Positions 45,772 through 55,863 of a stretch of 64,000 nt of DNA are shown here, piece after piece. Under the pieces are notes generated by a model that was given only the letters and a program-made list of their open reading frames with translations, searched no databases and was not told the DNA's origin. Position numbers and translations under genes: made by a program. Numbering within the stretch: the first letter of the stretch is position 1; each line of letters starts with the position of its first letter. Source of the stretch: Candidatus Poribacteria bacterium (GTDB lineage: Bacteria; Poribacteria; WGA-4E; WGA-3G); contig JAJDWI010000091.1 in assembly GCA_022825665.1 (NCBI GenBank), positions 7,160 to 71,159 on the forward strand, in the 5' to 3' direction.

Positions 45772-47812
45772 GCATATTAAGAAACTATTTCTATTACAAT
45801 TCTCCTTCTTTCTATATATTGTATTTGTTTGTTTCGGTTGTTCCGATTCAAGAATAAAGAATATAGGTATATGGAAAACAGTATTAGAAGGGGATTGGAG
45901 TGCACGTCTAAATGATGTCCATTTTATATCTGTAACTCATGGGTGGGCAGTTGGTAATTCAGTTGGTTTAGAACCAATTCATTCATTGAATTCAACAGAT
46001 GTAAACGATCCTGAATATACTGATGGAGCTGAAAGTATAATCCTACATACAGAAGATGGTGGAAAGAATTGGACAAAACAAAACAGTGGTATATACGGAA
46101 AGCCATTACATAAAGTGTTTTTTCGCAATGAATCTGATGGGTGGTGTGTAGGAGATGGTGGGATTGTTATTCACACGACAGATGGTGGGAACACTTGGCA
46201 ACAGATTGAAACAGGTACAAAGAATGATCTGAATAGTCTATATTTAAGTGGGCAAATTGGTTGGATTGTGGGAGACTGGAGTACACTGCTATTAACTGTA
46301 GATGGTGGCAAGTCGTTTAATGGTGTTGGAAGTGTATTTGATAAACAATCATTAAAGGACATCTCCTTTATTGATAATGACAATGGATGGGTTATTACCA
46401 ATAGCACACCTGATAATAGTGTAAATTCAGGCTATATTTACAATACGAAAGACGGTGGACAAACTTGGCAGGAACAATTTTCAACAAGTTCTTCGTTGTT
46501 TGGTATACATTTCCTAAATAAAATGTCTGGTTGGGTTGTTGGTGATAAACGAAGCCTATATGTAACAAATGATGGTGGTAAGACTTGGAAATATGTCACT
46601 GATGGAAGCAACAAACGACACAAAGAGGACTATGGACAACCAGAATACCTCGGTAAAGAACCCTTACATACATTTACACTCTATGATATAGATTTTACTG
46701 ACAATCAACACGGTTGGATTGTTGGAGATTTGGGAGTTATTCTTCGGACCACATCTGGACTAAAAAAAGATGGAACAAGTGTTTGGAAACATCAACGCGG
46801 CGGTCCTCGTTTTCATAACAGTGCTGATGGTGTCTTATTAGGTGTAGACTTTGTTACAAATAAAGTAGGTTGGGCGGTTGGAGAAAACGGCACAATTCTA
46901 CATACACGTAACGGGGGTATAACTTGGGAAGCGCAATCAAATCCAACACACCTACTCTTTGATATTTGTATTACATCAAACAATCATGGTACCGTTGTTG
47001 GAGACAGAGGGACAATTCTGCAAACGCAGGATGGTGGAAATAACTGGAATCAACAAGATAGTCGGACAGCAGAATGCTTCGGTGGCACTCATTTTGTGAC
47101 TCCAAAGAAAGGATGGTCAGTGGCAGAAGCAGGTGTGATTCTGCATACAACAAACGGAGGAGCAGTCTGGTTGCCACAGAAATCAAATACCACACAAGAC
47201 CTTCTGGCTGTTCACTTCATTGATGAAGAAACCGGTTGGTGTGTCGGTAGTGCTGGTGAAATTGTTCACACTTCTGATGCTGGATTGACATGGGCACGCC
47301 AGAATAGTGGCGTAACTATGAACTTATTTGACATCCATTTTACTACAAAGAAAGAAGGATGGATTGTTGGACTCTTTGGTACACTTTTATATACTGTTGA
47401 TGGTGGGAAAAATTGGCAAATTTCAACGCTGACACAACAACTGAAAAAAAATGGATATTACCAAAATGTATGGTTTAATGCTGTATTTTTTGTTACTCCA
47501 CAATTCGGTTGGGTGGTTGGGGTTGATGGATTCGTCTTTCATACAGATGATGGTGGACAAACATGGTCTCGTCAACAGGTGAATACACTTAACTTTCTTT
47601 ACGATGTATTTTTTATATCTAAAGATGAGGGGTGGATTGTTGGAAAAGGGGGACTCATTCTACACACACAAGATCGTGGAAAAAACTGGAGACCTCAGAG
47701 AACAGATACACAAACGGATCTCACTGCGATTCACATGAGCAGCCCGTATAACGGATTGGTTGCAGGACAAGGTGGGACAATACTAAAATATGAGGTGATT
47801 AAAAAAGAATAA
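45737..47812 (+). CDS. Lipoprotein with ~13 BNR/Ycf48-like beta-propeller blades
   Basis: Signal sequence plus lipobox-like FVCFGC. T-x-D-G-G-x-x-W repeats include TEDGGKNWT, TTDGGNTWQ, TKDGGQTWQ, TNDGGKTWK, TQDGGNNWN, TVDGGKNWQ and TDDGGQTWS. The start is uncertain: 45716 and 45737 both overlap the dapB end. Confidence 0.65.
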   Translation: MLAKFFLVINNRHIKKLFLLQFSFFLYIVFVCFGCSDSRIKNIGIWKTVLEGDWSARLNDVHFISVTHGWAVGNSVGLEPIHSLNSTDVNDPEYTDGAESIILHTEDGGKNWTKQNSGIYGKPLHKVFFRNESDGWCVGDGGIVIHTTDGGNTWQQIETGTKNDLNSLYLSGQIGWIVGDWSTLLLTVDGGKSFNGVGSVFDKQSLKDISFIDNDNGWVITNSTPDNSVNSGYIYNTKDGGQTWQEQFSTSSSLFGIHFLNKMSGWVVGDKRSLYVTNDGGKTWKYVTDGSNKRHKEDYGQPEYLGKEPLHTFTLYDIDFTDNQHGWIVGDLGVILRTTSGLKKDGTSVWKHQRGGPRFHNSADGVLLGVDFVTNKVGWAVGENGTILHTRNGGITWEAQSNPTHLLFDICITSNNHGTVVGDRGTILQTQDGGNNWNQQDSRTAECFGGTHFVTPKKGWSVAEAGVILHTTNGGAVWLPQKSNTTQDLLAVHFIDEETGWCVGSAGEIVHTSDAGLTWARQNSGVTMNLFDIHFTTKKEGWIVGLFGTLLYTVDGGKNWQISTLTQQLKKNGYYQNVWFNAVFFVTPQFGWVVGVDGFVFHTDDGGQTWSRQQVNTLNFLYDVFFISKDEGWIVGKGGLILHTQDRGKNWRPQRTDTQTDLTAIHMSSPYNGLVAGQGGTILKYEVIKKE

Positions 47813-47822
47813 GGATATATGT

Positions 47823-48566
47823 ATGACCGAAGAACAGAAATATCTATTTGATTTACAGGGATTTATTGTCTTAAAGGATGTTATCCCGCAGTCATTGATT
47901 CAATCTTGTAATACTGTACTTGATGAGTATGAAAAGATGAATCCTGCTGATTACCCATCTCCCTTATGCCTTGGTACAGAACGTACAGACAAGGAACTCT
48001 ATATCTCTAATATATTGGAAAGCGATACCGTCTTCAGTGCGCTCGTTGATATCCCAGAGGTGCTTGATGTGGTCTCTGGTGTAACTGGTGGACCCTACCG
48101 TCTCAATCACACTTATACAATATACCGTTGGGATGGTGGGTATACAGGCTTGCACATGCATGGAACACCAATTATTCCAAAGTGCCAATATCACTGTAGG
48201 AATGGAGAGATGGTGTCTACACTAACTAAAGCAGTCTTTCCAATGTTGGATTGTGATGTTGATGATGGATGTTTTGCGGTCATCCCTGGAGCGCATAAAA
48301 GCAATTTCCCAAAACCATGGGGAAGTCATCCTGATGAAAATCCTGTGCTATCACCTATACCAGCAAAGGCGGGAGATGCTATTATTTTCACTGAAGCACT
48401 TACACACGGTTCTGTTGTCAACGTTTCAGGAAAACCACGTAGAACACTGTATTATTGTTACAGTGTTGGTTATATGCCAGATTGGGGTGGTCAAGGACTC
48501 CATTTCAGTCCTAATGTAATGAACCAGCTTAATGAGACTCAACAAGCAATACTTCAACTTAAATAA
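47823..48566 (+). CDS. PhyH-family Fe(II)/2-oxoglutarate dioxygenase
   Basis: N-terminal FDLQGFIVLKDVI is present. The HxD-type facial triad context is LHMHGT ... with a distal His (EALTHGS). Confidence 0.6.
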   Translation: MTEEQKYLFDLQGFIVLKDVIPQSLIQSCNTVLDEYEKMNPADYPSPLCLGTERTDKELYISNILESDTVFSALVDIPEVLDVVSGVTGGPYRLNHTYTIYRWDGGYTGLHMHGTPIIPKCQYHCRNGEMVSTLTKAVFPMLDCDVDDGCFAVIPGAHKSNFPKPWGSHPDENPVLSPIPAKAGDAIIFTEALTHGSVVNVSGKPRRTLYYCYSVGYMPDWGGQGLHFSPNVMNQLNETQQAILQLK

Positions 48567-48616
48567 CGATATAGAAAATTGTTAAATTTTATAGAAATTT
48601 AGGAGAATACTCTATT

Positions 48617-49795
48617 TTGATAACATTTGCAGAACGGTTACAGAAACTTCCTCCCTATCTCTTTGTAGACATACGCCAAAAAATGGCAGCAGCCAGAGAA
48701 CGTGGTGTTGATGTCATTAGTTTGGGAATTGGAGATCCAGATTTTCCTACTCCTGATCCAGTCGTAGAGACATTGTGTAATTCAATACAAGATTCTGATG
48801 ATGCAGATAGGCACCGATATGGTTGTGATAGTCCTGTTGCTGAATTTCCAGAAGCTGTTGCACAATTTTATCAACATCGTTTTGGGGTATCATTATCAGA
48901 TGAACAGATAGTTACAACGCTCGGTAGCAAGGATGCCATTGTCAAATTAGCTTTGGGGATACTTAATCCTGGTGATATTGGTATTGCTGCGAGTCCCGGA
49001 TATCCTACTTATAATATAGGACACGTATTTTCAAGTGCAACAACATACTATGCACCACTATTAAGAGAGAACGATTTCCTTGTAGATTTTGATTTAATAC
49101 CTGTGGAAGTAAAACGTCTTGCTAAAGTGTTATGGATAAATTATCCAAACAACCCAACGACAGCAACAGCAGACCTTGACTTTTTTGAACGTGCAGTTGA
49201 ATTTGGGAGAGAAAATAATATACTCATCGCACATGACAATGCATATAGTGAGAATACGTATGATGGGTATCAGTCGCCAAGTATCCTGCAAGTAGATGGA
49301 GCGGATGAGGTAGCAATAGAATTCTTCTCATTGAGCAAAGCATTCAATATGACAGGTTGGAGACTCGGTTTTGTTGTTGGTAACCAAACTGCTGTTGAAG
49401 CAGTAAAAAAGGTGAAGGATAATATTGACAATGGATCACTCCGTGCCTTACAATTCGCTGGAGCAAAAGCATTATCAATTGCAGATGATGTTACACCGAA
49501 ATTGAACGAAATATATCAAAAACGTAGAGATAACGTAGTGGATGCATTAACCGATAGCGGATGGGATGTAGATAGACCTAAAGCAACGATGTATATCTGG
49601 GCACCCGTACCAGAACAATATAATGGATCCAGCCGTGCATTTGCAACAGCATTACTTGAAGAAGCAGGAGTTGTTGTTACCCCAGGATTAGGATATGGTC
49701 AATGGAGTGAAGGATATTACAGAATATCTCTGACTTATCCTGATAATGTTATTGATGAGGCAATTTCACGAATTCGTACATTTTCTACTCAGTAG
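48617..49795 (+). CDS. dapL: Class I PLP aminotransferase, LL-diaminopimelate aminotransferase-like
   Basis: TTG start follows AGGAG. LPPYLFVDIRQKMAAARERGVDVISLGIGDPDFPTP, YPNNPT and the PLP lysine motif SLSKAFNMTGWRLG are present. dapB is nearby. Confidence 0.6.
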   Translation: MITFAERLQKLPPYLFVDIRQKMAAARERGVDVISLGIGDPDFPTPDPVVETLCNSIQDSDDADRHRYGCDSPVAEFPEAVAQFYQHRFGVSLSDEQIVTTLGSKDAIVKLALGILNPGDIGIAASPGYPTYNIGHVFSSATTYYAPLLRENDFLVDFDLIPVEVKRLAKVLWINYPNNPTTATADLDFFERAVEFGRENNILIAHDNAYSENTYDGYQSPSILQVDGADEVAIEFFSLSKAFNMTGWRLGFVVGNQTAVEAVKKVKDNIDNGSLRALQFAGAKALSIADDVTPKLNEIYQKRRDNVVDALTDSGWDVDRPKATMYIWAPVPEQYNGSSRAFATALLEEAGVVVTPGLGYGQWSEGYYRISLTYPDNVIDEAISRIRTFSTQ

Positions 49796-49812
49796 ATTTA
49801 GGATAACTTATT

Positions 49813-52800
49813 GTGCAATATTTTTATAAGATAATTTCCATCATAGTCATAGGTCTCTGTCTTGTAGTAGTTCAATACGCAGATGCTTTTGAACAGATGA
49901 AAAGTTATACCGTAGCTGATGGATTGGTAGGACCAATTGTGCCTGTTATCTATCAGGATAGCAGAGGCGTGCTTTGGTTTGGTTCAGATAGAGGTGGCGT
50001 GAGTCGTTTTGATGGTAATACATTTACACCTTTTGCTGGAGATGCTGTAGATCTCCGTGGGAGAACAAAAACAATCGTAGAAGATAAGTGGGGACATCTA
50101 TGGTTTCTAAGTAAACATCCTGCAGAAGGAATAAGTATTATTAGACGGTTCAATGGAGTAGAATTTGACTATAAGACCAATGGCACATGCCTTGCTGTAG
50201 ATAATTACGGAGAAATTTGGGTGGGAAGTAATAATGCTATTACAAAACATTCTGCTATCAATAATCAAGAACTTCCAATACCCTACCAACTAAATATAAG
50301 TGGTGCCTCTGTAGCAAAAATTAATGTCATATTTCAAAGTGGAGATGGCACTTATTGGGTCGGTGGTAGTGATGCACAAGGTGCACTAATCATGAGTTTT
50401 ACAAGTGATCCGAAAATCTGGCAAATCAATAACTTAAATCGTTTGGATAATATACCAAACCTACCAAAAGACCGATCTGTACAGGTTATCATACAGGACC
50501 ATGAAGATAATTTATGGTTTGGTGGACAATCACTGCTGCTTCGTTATGATGGAAAACAATTTACTAACACATTAGAAAGTACAACTGGATTCGTCAATCA
50601 AGTTAGTACTATTCAAAATCCTAATTTTGGTAGAATTGGCAATGTTACGGTTATAAGCGATAGGGATGGGAGAATATGGTATAGCGACAATAAACAGTTA
50701 TGGTGGTGGGATGGTAATCAACTTCAACGTATGAGAAATCTAATAGATGGAACAGCACAGGATAGTTACTTACAAGGATATTTTGAAATAGAAGATGCGT
50801 GGAAAAAGCTTTGGTTTTCAAGTGAAATGGGTGCCCATGTTTATGACAGCAAGTTACTTGAAAAAAAACTTGGAGATACTTTTGACTTAGAATCACCCTT
50901 AATTGATTCTCCAGAAGTTGCACCAAGAATGTATGGCGTTGATAATGGACTTGGTAGTGATAACATTTTAACTATATTTGAATCATTGGATGGGAAAATC
51001 TGGTTTGGACACGACAACGGTGTGACATCTTATGAACCACAACCTATAATTGTTAATCATACAACACGTGAAAGAATTGGTAGTAATAGTGTCAGAATGA
51101 TAGATTCCGATAGCACTGGTACTCTCTGGTTTAGCATTCCTGGTGGTTTAGCACAATACGATCAAATTGATGACTTACTTAACCAATATTCCTTTACCAA
51201 TACTAATGAAGAAGAAAGTACCATTCGGAATAACCAACGAACGGAAAATCGGATCGAAATCAATAAGATATTTGATGTTGATGGTAGTGTCTGGTTCATT
51301 GATAAACCTATAAAACATGAGGATTCATATACACATTACAGGTTATTTTGTTACAGGAATGGTGTTTTTGAGAAAATCTCCGTACAGGTAGGCACATCAG
51401 TGGGTCCTGGAGGGGAGGATATCTATAATGATTCTGAAGCGTATCTATCATCTAAATCCAATCCTTGGATTATATTAGGTGGATGGATGTTCTTACCGAG
51501 AAGTAATGGATTGTATAGTTTTTCGTCAGAGGGTATTTTTCGCTTTTACGGTTTTGAATCCACGGTTTCATTACCATCTCCAATAGATGCAGCCTCCAAA
51601 CTTTACGTAGACAGTGGAAACCGACTGTGGTGTTTTTTTGAGAAAGGACAAGTAAAACGTTTCTCAAATTTTCGCATCAGTGGAAATATTGTTGGGGGTG
51701 AAATCCATTCCGTGGTATTACCACTTCGTTCAGTTGTTCCAATAATAGGTGATATGGATGCCAAAACTGTCAAATGGTTCTATAATTCTATCAGTGGACA
51801 GTTAATGTATTGGGAAAATCCTAACCTTGATAATACCCTAACAGAACTTCCAGGAGCAGCCAGCGGTATCCCACTTCATTCTATGGCAAATTCATCATCG
51901 AATCAACAACAATCAGATACGATGACTTTTGTTTTTCAAGATGGAATAAAAACATATAGGGGGACAGAATTAATAAATTCTGTTTCTATTACCCTCAATA
52001 AGATAAAAGCAGCAATTACATCTAACAACGGTGATCTTTGGTTAGCAACATCTCAGGGGGTAATACAATACACAGGGACAGAAGTAATTAGATTTACAAT
52101 AGCGGATGGATTCCTTGTTGATGATATACGAGATGTACATGAAGACCATTGGGGGAACGTATGGTTTGCTACATGGGGTGGTGGAGTAGTACGATACGAT
52201 GGCAACTCATTTCAATCTATAACTACAAAAGATGGACTTATCCACAACAACGTTTCAAGCATACATTCAACAACAGGAAAAGATATATGGTTTGGCACAG
52301 AAGGTGGTGCTACTCAATATAGGGCAAGTTTGGGGGCACTTCCGTTATGTCGCATCGTCTCTGTTGATGCAGGTAAAACCTTTACAGAACCATTTAATTT
52401 AGAATCCAGTATGCGTACATTTACTGAGATTGAGGAGCTTTTGCCAGCACGAATCAAAGGTATTACAATCAGTTATCAAGGGATCAACCCTCTTAGGGAC
52501 AATGTGAATTATAGATTTAGATTACTTGGTACTGACGATTGGACAGAGCATACAATTACGTCAAATGTAAAACGAATTAATATAAACCCTCAAAAGGGTG
52601 AAAGAACATCCCAAGATTACACTTCTGATGAAATCGGAACATCCAAGAGTTTACCCGAAATTCATTTTGAAGGGCTTAAGTCAGGTAATTATACCTTTTT
52701 GATAAAAGCATTTCGTGAAGGATGGCCCTATACACAGCAACCTGCTGTGCTAAACTTTACAATAGATCAACCGATATGGAGTCGTTGGCGAAAGTTTCTT

Positions 52801-53655
52801 CCTACGATTATATTTGTGGCTGCAGTCGGTTCTTTGCTATTCAGACTGATAGTGAACCGTAGACAAACTGCACAGTTACGTTTGGAAATGCAAGAAAAAG
52901 AAGAAGCAGAGATGGTACGAATCCGAACAGAATTAAATGAAGCACAGAATATTCAGATGGGACTATTGCCGACTGAACCACCGCATTTACCTACATTTGA
53001 TATTGCAGGTATGTCTATACCCGCAACACAAGTTGGTGGAGATTTTTTCGATTATTTGACTGTTGAAAATGGACAAACTGCGATTGCTGTTGCGGACGCA
53101 GCAGGTAAAGGTATACGTGGTGCAATGAATGCAGTGCTGACAAATGGTATGTTACATGAAGTAGCAAGATTCAAGTCAAATGCAGATGTTATTCTGAGTG
53201 ACCTCAATGCAGGATTAGCACCTCGTATGTATGGACCCAGTTTTATCGCACTCAACTTAGCAGTCCTAAATGAGACTGAGAAGAAAATAGATTACGCCAA
53301 TGGTGGACAACCGTATCCAATCTTGAAAAGGGGAACGGAAATAATTGAAATAGAAAATAGCGATCTTCCACTCGGTAGTATGCAAAATGTACAATATGAA
53401 TCAGTTACTTTTGATATTGGAGAAGGAGATTTCCTTATCTTCCATTCAGACGGTCTGATAGAAGCACTCAACGCTAACCATGATATGTACGGAACAGAAC
53501 GGCTGACCAATTTACTTGCTGATATACCCAATGATTGTACTGCAGATGAGATGATTCAACGAATCGTTGATGATGTGCAAGACTTTGTACAGGAAGAAGA
53601 ACAATATGATGACTTGACGATAGTTGTGGTTAAACATGTAGCAGAATCGGGATAG
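49813..53655 (+). CDS. Membrane sensor: extracytoplasmic two-component-regulator propeller repeats plus Y_Y_Y domain, one TM helix, and a cytoplasmic PP2C/SpoIIE phosphatase
   Basis: Signal/anchor sequence. Repeated DGL..n.V..i.qD..G.lWFG-type blades are present (YQDSRGVLWFGSDRGGVSRFDG; HEDHWGNVWFATWGGGVVRYDG). The Y_Y_Y-like NYRFRLLG..GNYTFLIKAF is followed by the TM helix FLPTIIFVAAVGSLLFRLIV and a coiled coil. SpoIIE motifs are GGDFFDY, AVADAAGKG and FHSDGL. Confidence 0.7.
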   Translation: MQYFYKIISIIVIGLCLVVVQYADAFEQMKSYTVADGLVGPIVPVIYQDSRGVLWFGSDRGGVSRFDGNTFTPFAGDAVDLRGRTKTIVEDKWGHLWFLSKHPAEGISIIRRFNGVEFDYKTNGTCLAVDNYGEIWVGSNNAITKHSAINNQELPIPYQLNISGASVAKINVIFQSGDGTYWVGGSDAQGALIMSFTSDPKIWQINNLNRLDNIPNLPKDRSVQVIIQDHEDNLWFGGQSLLLRYDGKQFTNTLESTTGFVNQVSTIQNPNFGRIGNVTVISDRDGRIWYSDNKQLWWWDGNQLQRMRNLIDGTAQDSYLQGYFEIEDAWKKLWFSSEMGAHVYDSKLLEKKLGDTFDLESPLIDSPEVAPRMYGVDNGLGSDNILTIFESLDGKIWFGHDNGVTSYEPQPIIVNHTTRERIGSNSVRMIDSDSTGTLWFSIPGGLAQYDQIDDLLNQYSFTNTNEEESTIRNNQRTENRIEINKIFDVDGSVWFIDKPIKHEDSYTHYRLFCYRNGVFEKISVQVGTSVGPGGEDIYNDSEAYLSSKSNPWIILGGWMFLPRSNGLYSFSSEGIFRFYGFESTVSLPSPIDAASKLYVDSGNRLWCFFEKGQVKRFSNFRISGNIVGGEIHSVVLPLRSVVPIIGDMDAKTVKWFYNSISGQLMYWENPNLDNTLTELPGAASGIPLHSMANSSSNQQQSDTMTFVFQDGIKTYRGTELINSVSITLNKIKAAITSNNGDLWLATSQGVIQYTGTEVIRFTIADGFLVDDIRDVHEDHWGNVWFATWGGGVVRYDGNSFQSITTKDGLIHNNVSSIHSTTGKDIWFGTEGGATQYRASLGALPLCRIVSVDAGKTFTEPFNLESSMRTFTEIEELLPARIKGITISYQGINPLRDNVNYRFRLLGTDDWTEHTITSNVKRININPQKGERTSQDYTSDEIGTSKSLPEIHFEGLKSGNYTFLIKAFREGWPYTQQPAVLNFTIDQPIWSRWRKFLPTIIFVAAVGSLLFRLIVNRRQTAQLRLEMQEKEEAEMVRIRTELNEAQNIQMGLLPTEPPHLPTFDIAGMSIPATQVGGDFFDYLTVENGQTAIAVADAAGKGIRGAMNAVLTNGMLHEVARFKSNADVILSDLNAGLAPRMYGPSFIALNLAVLNETEKKIDYANGGQPYPILKRGTEIIEIENSDLPLGSMQNVQYESVTFDIGEGDFLIFHSDGLIEALNANHDMYGTERLTNLLADIPNDCTADEMIQRIVDDVQDFVQEEEQYDDLTIVVVKHVAESG

Positions 53656-53667
53656 TTGTATTGTAAC

Positions 53668-55587
53668 TTATGCATTTCTAAAGTTGATTACAGTATCTCG
53701 ATATTCTTCAGGAAGTCCAATATCATAACGATGTCCCTTGACAACATAACCCGAAAATCCGCCAGCCTTTCTTAATTCATCTAAACATGATGTGAGCTGA
53801 AACTCACCGCGCTCACGGAAATTATGTTCAATATTCTGTTCAAGAAACTCGAAAATCTGTGGTTCAATAACATAAATGCCGAATACAGTGAGGAAACTGT
53901 CTGTGTCCATTCCATCAACATGTAGATGTTCCCTTGCATATTCTGGATCCGGTTTCTCGTAGAATTCAGTTACTGATATCATAGACATTTCTTCTTTCCA
54001 CACACCGGTAACACAACCAAAGTTAGATAGTTCTTCAATAGGTGTTTTCTTTAAGCCGACAACACTATGTCCAACCTCCTCGTATGCATCCAACACTTGT
54101 TCAGCACAGGATTGCGGTTCATCCGAACTGTAGAGATGATCTCCTAACATTAATAGGAATGGTTCATTGTCAATCCAATCCCTTGCACAATAGACTGCAT
54201 GACCAAATCCTTCCTGTACATCCTGTGTAACAAAGGAAATTTTACTGCCTAATTCAATCAAGTAATCACAGTAGACTTTGTTTTCTTTACTGAGTTTATT
54301 GTAGTGTTCTATTCGAGGAGGGGTTTTAAAATAGGATTCAAATAGTTCTATATCTCGGCTCTGAACAATTAAACATACTTCCTCTATACCTGCATTTACA
54401 GCTTCTTCAACTATTGCCATGATTGCGGGTTTTGCACGTCCGTTACGATCAATTACTGGAAAAAGTTCCTTCTTCATGGCTTTAGATGCAGGAAATAGTC
54501 TTGTACCAAAACCAGCGGCAGGGATAACAGCTTTACGTACGTGTTTGCTTGCCTCAATTACAAGTTTTAGACATGACATCTGTAGATCGCGTTCTATTAT
54601 CTCAATAACCCTACGTTGACTCTCCTCGTCTTTCACGATAAATTGGGCGGATCCATCTCCCTGTGAACCGACCCCTTTGCCACCCCATATATAAGGTTGA
54701 ATCGGTTCATAGTTTAACACTTTATGGAGTATAGGTGCAGTTAATTGTGTAGGACAGGCTGGAATAAGATGTTTGTCGAATTCCTGTTGTGCCTTTGTCA
54801 TCAGCTTACCTACTGATTCTGCATCACCTTGTCGTAGAGCCTGATGTGCGGATTCGGTAATCTCTCTACTCAAATGACCGAGGAAGTGCTGAACATTTTT
54901 TTGCATTTCATTTTCCGCAAATGGATAACAATGGTTTAATTGACTTAATATAAGACGGGTATCTTTTCCTGCTCCTAAGTCTACAATTACCATATATAAG
55001 TTTGAAGGCACACTGAATTCTCGGACATCAATGTTATCGCCATCAAAACTCATAAGTATGGGGTGTTGATATGCACACCCTTGATCCATTCTACCACATC
55101 GTGAAGGTGTCTTAATCTCACCTTGATATGCACATTCCATTTCACCGCGTGTCGTCATTTTCAGATCGTAGATACGATTGAATGCGCGAGCAACCAATAC
55201 ACATATAGCCGCACTTGAGGATAATCCTTTTTTAACCGGTAAATCTGTGAGATAATTATCTATTTCTAAACCTTGTACACGATAATTCGTAAGTATCTGA
55301 TATGCAACACCAGCTGCATAACTGAAAAAACTACCTTTTTCTGCCTCTTCAAGAAGTGCTGCTGGTTCCATCGGTAATGTATATGGACCGTGTCGTGTGC
55401 CATCACTCAGGCTGGTCTTTAAAATAAGGTTTGTAGGATGTGGTTGTACTTCTGCATAAACACCTTGGTTCGTGCTGGTGATTATGGTATAACCCTTTTC
55501 AAGCTCCGCATTAGTTCGGCGATGTCCTCCTGCCCAATCACTATGTTCTCCAAAAAGACAGATCCGTCCTGGTACAAAAAGTTTCAT
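53668..55587 (-). CDS. Fusion of a GHMP sugar-1-kinase (galactokinase-like) with a sugar-1-phosphate nucleotidylyltransferase (GalU-like)
   Basis: The N-terminal part has VPGRICLFGEHSDWAGG (galactokinase signature-like) and the GHMP ATP motif PVKKGLSSSAAICV. The C-terminal part has KAVIPAAGFGTRLFPASKAMKKELFPV and YDIGLPEEY, typical of UTP-glucose-1-P uridylyltransferases. Confidence 0.7.
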   Translation of the reverse strand: MKLFVPGRICLFGEHSDWAGGHRRTNAELEKGYTIITSTNQGVYAEVQPHPTNLILKTSLSDGTRHGPYTLPMEPAALLEEAEKGSFFSYAAGVAYQILTNYRVQGLEIDNYLTDLPVKKGLSSSAAICVLVARAFNRIYDLKMTTRGEMECAYQGEIKTPSRCGRMDQGCAYQHPILMSFDGDNIDVREFSVPSNLYMVIVDLGAGKDTRLILSQLNHCYPFAENEMQKNVQHFLGHLSREITESAHQALRQGDAESVGKLMTKAQQEFDKHLIPACPTQLTAPILHKVLNYEPIQPYIWGGKGVGSQGDGSAQFIVKDEESQRRVIEIIERDLQMSCLKLVIEASKHVRKAVIPAAGFGTRLFPASKAMKKELFPVIDRNGRAKPAIMAIVEEAVNAGIEEVCLIVQSRDIELFESYFKTPPRIEHYNKLSKENKVYCDYLIELGSKISFVTQDVQEGFGHAVYCARDWIDNEPFLLMLGDHLYSSDEPQSCAEQVLDAYEEVGHSVVGLKKTPIEELSNFGCVTGVWKEEMSMISVTEFYEKPDPEYAREHLHVDGMDTDSFLTVFGIYVIEPQIFEFLEQNIEHNFRERGEFQLTSCLDELRKAGGFSGYVVKGHRYDIGLPEEYRDTVINFRNA

Positions 55588-55863
55588 TGTATGTCCTTGT
55601 ATGTAATCAGATAATGTTAGTTATATATGAATATATTATATTTATGCTTATGATTTGCACGAATAGTGTAAAATGTCAAATGATTTATTTAGGATTTAGG
55701 AGTAGTTAAGTGTTTAAAATAGCACTTTTTCTTTATCCAATATACCGATGTATCAATTCACCAAGATAATATCAATCACTAACCTTAAGTATAAGATATT
55801 ATTCTAATGAGGTCAACATGACTTTGAAATGAAAGAATACAATATATTGAATGTAAATCTTAT

